A stretch of DNA of 64,000 bases from a bacterium (lineage in GTDB: Bacteria; Patescibacteriota; Patescibacteriia; JAHIZJ01). The notes beneath the pieces are model-generated. The model had not been told where the DNA came from. It did no database searches and worked only from the letters and a program-made list of their open reading frames with translations. This document shows, in pieces, positions 59,917 through 64,000 of this stretch. Made by a program: the position numbers and the translations under genes. The stretch is from positions 309-64,308 of the forward strand of contig JAUYLJ010000054.1 of assembly GCA_030699685.1 (NCBI GenBank), read 5' to 3'. Position 1 is the first letter of the stretch; the number at the start of each line of letters is the position of its first letter.

Positions 59917-60987
59917 ATGTCCACACCCGTTATCATCGCTATTATCGTTCTCATGACACTGGGTTTTGCCGTGGTGATTAGCGTGCTGATTTGGCAGTTC
60001 CGGCGTTTGCAGGATGTCCAGAAGCGCGCCAGCGAAATGCAAAAAGATCCTTTTTCGCTGATCAACCAGAATATCCAGGGTATCCAGCAGCGCATGGATG
60101 AGAGCGCCCGATCCATGCAACAGGCCATGCAGAGTCAGTTTGGCCAAAGCGCGAAAATTATTCAGGACGTGACCGAACGGTTGACCAAGCTTGATGAAAC
60201 CAACAAGCAGGTGCTGAATTTTTCCGGTCAGCTGCAAAACCTCCAGGACTTGCTTAAGAACCCGAAACAGCGAGGCGCGGTCGGGGAATACTATCTTGAG
60301 ACCGTACTGAAAAATGTGCTTCCGCCTGGAAGTTATCAGATGCAGTATCCGTTCAAAGACGGCGAAATTGTCGACGCGGTCGTGAAAGTGAAAAACCTGC
60401 TTATCCCGATCGACTCGAAATTCTCGCTTGAGAATTATAACCGATTGGCTGAAACGCACGAGGAGTTGGAGCGCGAAAGGCTGGAAAAGGCTTTTGTCAA
60501 CGATTTGAAATTGCGGATCCAGGAGACTGCCAAGTATATCCGCCCGGCCGAAGGCACGATGGAGTTTGCCTTCATGTTCATCCCGTCCGAGGCAATTTAC
60601 TACGATCTGCTCATCAATAAAGTCGGCGCGGTCAAGGAAAACACCGAAAACCTGATCCAGCGCGCCGCCGGAAAATACAAGGTCATTATTGTTTCACCGA
60701 CGTCGTTTTTGGCGTATCTGCAGACGGTTCTTCAGGGTTTGCGTGCTTTGCAGATTGAAGAATCGGCCAAGGAAATCCGCAAAAACGTGGAGCAGTTAAC
60801 GCGCCATCTGGCATCGTACGAAAACCACTTCACCCGGGTGGGCAACCATCTTGGCACGACAGTCTCGGCCTATAACACGGCTCGCAAGGAATTTAGCAAA
60901 ATCGATAAGGACGTGATGAGAATTACGGGGAAAGATTCGGGAGCTGAGGGTGTATTGTTGGAGAAGCCGGAGGAGGGGGAGGGGTAG
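59917..60987 (+). CDS. rmuC: DNA recombination protein RmuC
   Basis: N-terminal TM, coiled coil, KQRGAVGE, IPIDSKF, FMFIPSEAIY, VSPT. Confidence 0.92.
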   Translation: MSTPVIIAIIVLMTLGFAVVISVLIWQFRRLQDVQKRASEMQKDPFSLINQNIQGIQQRMDESARSMQQAMQSQFGQSAKIIQDVTERLTKLDETNKQVLNFSGQLQNLQDLLKNPKQRGAVGEYYLETVLKNVLPPGSYQMQYPFKDGEIVDAVVKVKNLLIPIDSKFSLENYNRLAETHEELERERLEKAFVNDLKLRIQETAKYIRPAEGTMEFAFMFIPSEAIYYDLLINKVGAVKENTENLIQRAAGKYKVIIVSPTSFLAYLQTVLQGLRALQIEESAKEIRKNVEQLTRHLASYENHFTRVGNHLGTTVSAYNTARKEFSKIDKDVMRITGKDSGAEGVLLEKPEEGEG

Positions 60988-61105
60988 TAAGTAGTAGCTA
61001 GTTAATTTGTTATTGGATAATTGGTTGATTGGGCAATAGCGGGCAGTGAGCTTGGGCCAACAATTATTCGTTGGTCTACGAATGACTTAAATACATGAGG
61101 TGTTT

Positions 61106-61456
61106 ATGACCAATACAAAGCAGACAACACTCAATCCCAATACCATCCGTCATCTTCAGAATTACATAGCCGCAAAGGCAGAAGAACGCGGTTTTGCTGA
61201 TGAAACATTGCATGAACGGCTGGTGTTGTTGATGGAAGAAGTGGGCGAGTTGGCCAAAGCCTGTCGCAAGGTGTCTCATATGAATGTGGATGTTAATCGT
61301 GAAATTCACAACCATGTCGGTGAGGAGATCGCTGATGTTTTGAACATGATCTTCGCCGTGGGGATTGAATTGGGAGTTGATATTGAAAGTGAATTTCTGG
61401 ACAAAGAATCCGAAGTGGATAAACGGCACTATCAGCGCGTCGAATCTCATCAATAA
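61106..61456 (+). CDS. MazG-like nucleotide pyrophosphohydrolase
   Basis: LMEEVGELAKA..EEIADV. Confidence 0.88.
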   Translation: MTNTKQTTLNPNTIRHLQNYIAAKAEERGFADETLHERLVLLMEEVGELAKACRKVSHMNVDVNREIHNHVGEEIADVLNMIFAVGIELGVDIESEFLDKESEVDKRHYQRVESHQ

Positions 61457-61466
61457 CAATCGAGTC

Positions 61467-61790
61467 ATGCCGATAGTAAGGATTGATTACGATAACAAGC
61501 TTGTTAAACAGGACGAAGTTGAGAAATTGGCCAGGGCAGTGAAGGCAGTGGTGGCTGATAGTACGGGCATTCCCGAGGTCTATGTTTATGCTGATTGTCA
61601 TGATGTGACCATTGATATCGCTCCCATAGAAATCTTTGTTGAAATGAGCCGGGAAAAGATACTGGATCTGGATGAGCTTTTCACCGCAACGCGAAATAAA
61701 CTTTCTAAGTGGAAGCAGAAGAATAATTTCGAGCATCCAATTTCACTGACAATCATTCCCATGAACTGGAAGTTTGAAGTTGGTATATAA
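61467..61790 (+). CDS. hypothetical protein, possible tautomerase-superfamily fold
   Basis: Starts MP-IVRIDY (N-terminal Pro), beta-alpha-beta pattern twice. Confidence 0.6.
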   Translation: MPIVRIDYDNKLVKQDEVEKLARAVKAVVADSTGIPEVYVYADCHDVTIDIAPIEIFVEMSREKILDLDELFTATRNKLSKWKQKNNFEHPISLTIIPMNWKFEVGI

Positions 61791-61800
61791 TATACAATCA

Positions 61801-62160
61801 ATGTTTATCAAGACCCTCCAAGACTGTCCGGAATTCACCGCCGGGGATAACACTATCCTGCGCGAGCTTTTACATCCTGACAAAGACGATCTCAAACTTC
61901 GCTACAGTCTGGCTCACGCGGTCGTCAAACCGGGAAAGACGTCCTACGCCCACAAACTCAAAAGCTCCGAAGTGTATTACATTCTCGAGGGAGAGGGGAT
62001 GATGCATATTGGCGATGAATTCGCTGCAGTCGGCTCGGGACAAGCTATCTACATTCCGCCCGATACAAAACAATATATCCAGAATACTGGCGCCAAGGAT
62101 TTGGTTTTCCTTTGCATCGTTGATCCGGCCTGGCGCAAGGAGGATGAGGAGGTGTTATGA
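61801..62160 (+). CDS. cupin domain protein
   Basis: H.L.SSEVYYILEG.G.M, IYIPP, LVFLCIVDPAW. Confidence 0.88.
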   Translation: MFIKTLQDCPEFTAGDNTILRELLHPDKDDLKLRYSLAHAVVKPGKTSYAHKLKSSEVYYILEGEGMMHIGDEFAAVGSGQAIYIPPDTKQYIQNTGAKDLVFLCIVDPAWRKEDEEVL

Positions 62161-62645
62161 CAGATGCCATCATTTGTTTGGGAAACACTTTTCTCAATCA
62201 GCAAAAAATTGAACAGATGAGATTGAGGACTGAAAAGTCGTCTGAGCTTTACAAAAAGCGACAACGGAAAATTATTTTCACGGGTGGGTATAGAACGCGG
62301 AAAGATCTTTCTGAAGCAAAGTTCATGGCGGATTACGCGCTGAGCCTTGGCGTTCGTCCTGAGGATCTCCTTCTAGAAGAGCAAGCCAACACGACCATCG
62401 GAAATGCCGTGTATTCTCGAAAAATCATGGAAAAGCATGGCTTGGATTCAGCCATAGTTGTCACCTCCCCCCATCATTTGAGACGCAGTAGCTTTATTTT
62501 TGAAAAGATAATGCCTGAGAAAAAACTGAGTTTCGAAAGCTGCCGAAGCAACCTGCGCTTTATTGACTATTGGCCAGCCTACTACAAAGAGATACGCTTT
62601 TTAGTAAAAATGAAAATTTTTGGTATTGACATAACAAAAACATAA
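62157..62645 (+). CDS. YdcF/DUF218 family protein
   Basis: DAIICLG, IFTGG, SEA..M, E.QANTT..NA, VTSPHHLRR. Confidence 0.88.
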   Translation: MTDAIICLGNTFLNQQKIEQMRLRTEKSSELYKKRQRKIIFTGGYRTRKDLSEAKFMADYALSLGVRPEDLLLEEQANTTIGNAVYSRKIMEKHGLDSAIVVTSPHHLRRSSFIFEKIMPEKKLSFESCRSNLRFIDYWPAYYKEIRFLVKMKIFGIDITKT

Positions 62646-62689
62646 CCTTTAGCTCTATTCATCAACAAACTCAGTTTTCGTCGCAGGTT

Positions 62690-63145
62690 TTACCCAAATA
62701 ACGAATAGAGATTAATTTTTTCGAGTACAGTATAGAGAAGCGCTCCCATGAAGGAGCTAGCCAGGGTGAACAATGGCCATGCGATCAACTGAGCACCCCT
62801 CTTCCCTTGGCGGTATCGTATTAATCCGGCAATGATTATCGCTGAGTCCGCCAAACCCACTAAACTGAGTAGGACGCCTACTTGCCGTATCCGGAAAGTG
62901 GGCAGCAACAACATAAGAAGAAAAGCCGCTACAATCACTCCACACGCAAACAATAGAGGTTTCCTCAAAAGGTCCTTCCATCCTTTCCCTTTTTGATACG
63001 AATGGAGCCATACGATTGCTACTACGATGTGAAGAATTGTGAGCAGTCGTATAACAGGTTCAGTTATTCCGTCTAAGCCCGATATACCTGAACCCAGGAA
63101 TATAAAAAGCAGCAGACTAATGAACATGCCTATGTAAAAAGCCAT
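62690..63145 (-). CDS. hypothetical membrane protein
   Basis: 5 hydrophobic segments. Confidence 0.6.
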   Translation of the reverse strand: MAFYIGMFISLLLFIFLGSGISGLDGITEPVIRLLTILHIVVAIVWLHSYQKGKGWKDLLRKPLLFACGVIVAAFLLMLLLPTFRIRQVGVLLSLVGLADSAIIIAGLIRYRQGKRGAQLIAWPLFTLASSFMGALLYTVLEKINLYSLFG

Positions 63146-63311
63146 TTTTTGAATATTAATACTAAACACTACTGCATACTATACATAGTACATCAGGTTA
63201 TGCTGATATTCCAGAAACTATGGCTCAATACTTTTGTAACTTCGAAACACAATACTTGCTCTCTGCGCGTCATAGTGTATGATATATGTATATATTTTAA
63301 TAATTTTGCCC

Positions 63312-63776
63312 ATGACTACCCAGGATCTTGAAACCATCGTTACATACATAGTGGATCAAGGGTTGAAAGCGATCCACGCCAATACGGACGAACGTGACCT
63401 GCTCCTGGACTATATGGGGATCTTCACCAAGAACAATGAAGAGTATTTACAGATGGTGAGTGTGGTAAAGACTCTGGGAGTACCGGCTGACAAGGTAGCA
63501 ACGACTTCAGGAGTTACGTATATATTGAATGAGCCGATCGTGACCGTAGCCGGCTCTCTCAAAGCGCTAAAAGTGAGAAAATACGATCCAAGCAGGCTTC
63601 AGCGCGGCGCGCCGGATTTCCAGGTGGAAGACTTCCAAGCGTTTAAGGAAAAATATTTGTCTCAGGGTCATAATTTTACTCTGATGGTGAGGAAGGAATT
63701 CGAAGCGCTGGAGCTCAAAGGGGAAGACGTGTTGGTGTATTTCCCGAATATTTTGTTTGAAGAGAGACAGCGCTAG
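63312..63776 (+). CDS. hypothetical protein
   Basis: ATG 63312; KVRKYDP..QRGAPDF segment. Confidence 0.7.
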   Translation: MTTQDLETIVTYIVDQGLKAIHANTDERDLLLDYMGIFTKNNEEYLQMVSVVKTLGVPADKVATTSGVTYILNEPIVTVAGSLKALKVRKYDPSRLQRGAPDFQVEDFQAFKEKYLSQGHNFTLMVRKEFEALELKGEDVLVYFPNILFEERQR

Positions 63777-64000
63777 AATTGAGCATAAGCCAGGAAAAAC
63801 AACCATTTTATTTTTTTGAAGACGCAAATTGAGTTTTGACGGAATTGACCTTCGCGCGGATTTACCGATCTTCTGATAACTAGCGATGACTTGTCCTTAT
63901 AATTGGTTTCACAAAATAAGGCAGTGGAATATTGCTGAATCTGGTTATATAGTAACCACAGAAATCAAATATTTTGTTTAATATTAGCCATTATTTGACA

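Overview
Gene-dense bacterial chromosomal segment. It looks like a Patescibacteria (CPR)-type genome (inference from alpha2-type GlyRS, type-2 IleRS, a membrane-anchored Clp ATPase, many leaderless promoters and many small hypothetical genes). Housekeeping content: infC-rpmI-rplT, smpB/tmRNA, argS, ileS, glyS, metG, tgt, recO, rsmI, tatD, rmuC. There are also Cu (ArsR-YHS/copA/copZ) and Zn (Zur/ZIP) modules and an adjacent pair of archaeal-type ether-lipid genes (DGGGPS-like UbiA + GGGPS). No CRISPR array, transposase or prophage was seen. The most striking unexplained structure is a set of unannotated ribosome-dependent attenuators, none of which precedes an amino-acid biosynthesis gene. (1) An Asn-rich leader peptide with protector, antiterminator and terminator hairpins lies directly upstream of a tRNA-Asn(GUU) gene, i.e. 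an apparent tRNA-supply feedback loop. (2) A HisR/TrpR-like repressor with tandem operators has a His-containing C-terminus that doubles as an attenuator leader; a second internal HHH leader follows, controlling LOG/AstE, GNAT and PRTase-like genes. (3) A divergent aromatic-rich leader precedes an M14 deacylase + ATP-grasp pair. (4) A possible metal-responsive membrane uORF attenuator heads a Cys-rich operon with two proteins ending in QVGGC. Also present are a ~210-nt promoter-driven structured ncRNA of unknown family, a structured glyS 5' leader, a duplicated metG 5' fragment and a small dispersed hairpin element. All RNA structures were paired by eye, not computed, and family assignments come from motif recognition, not database searches.
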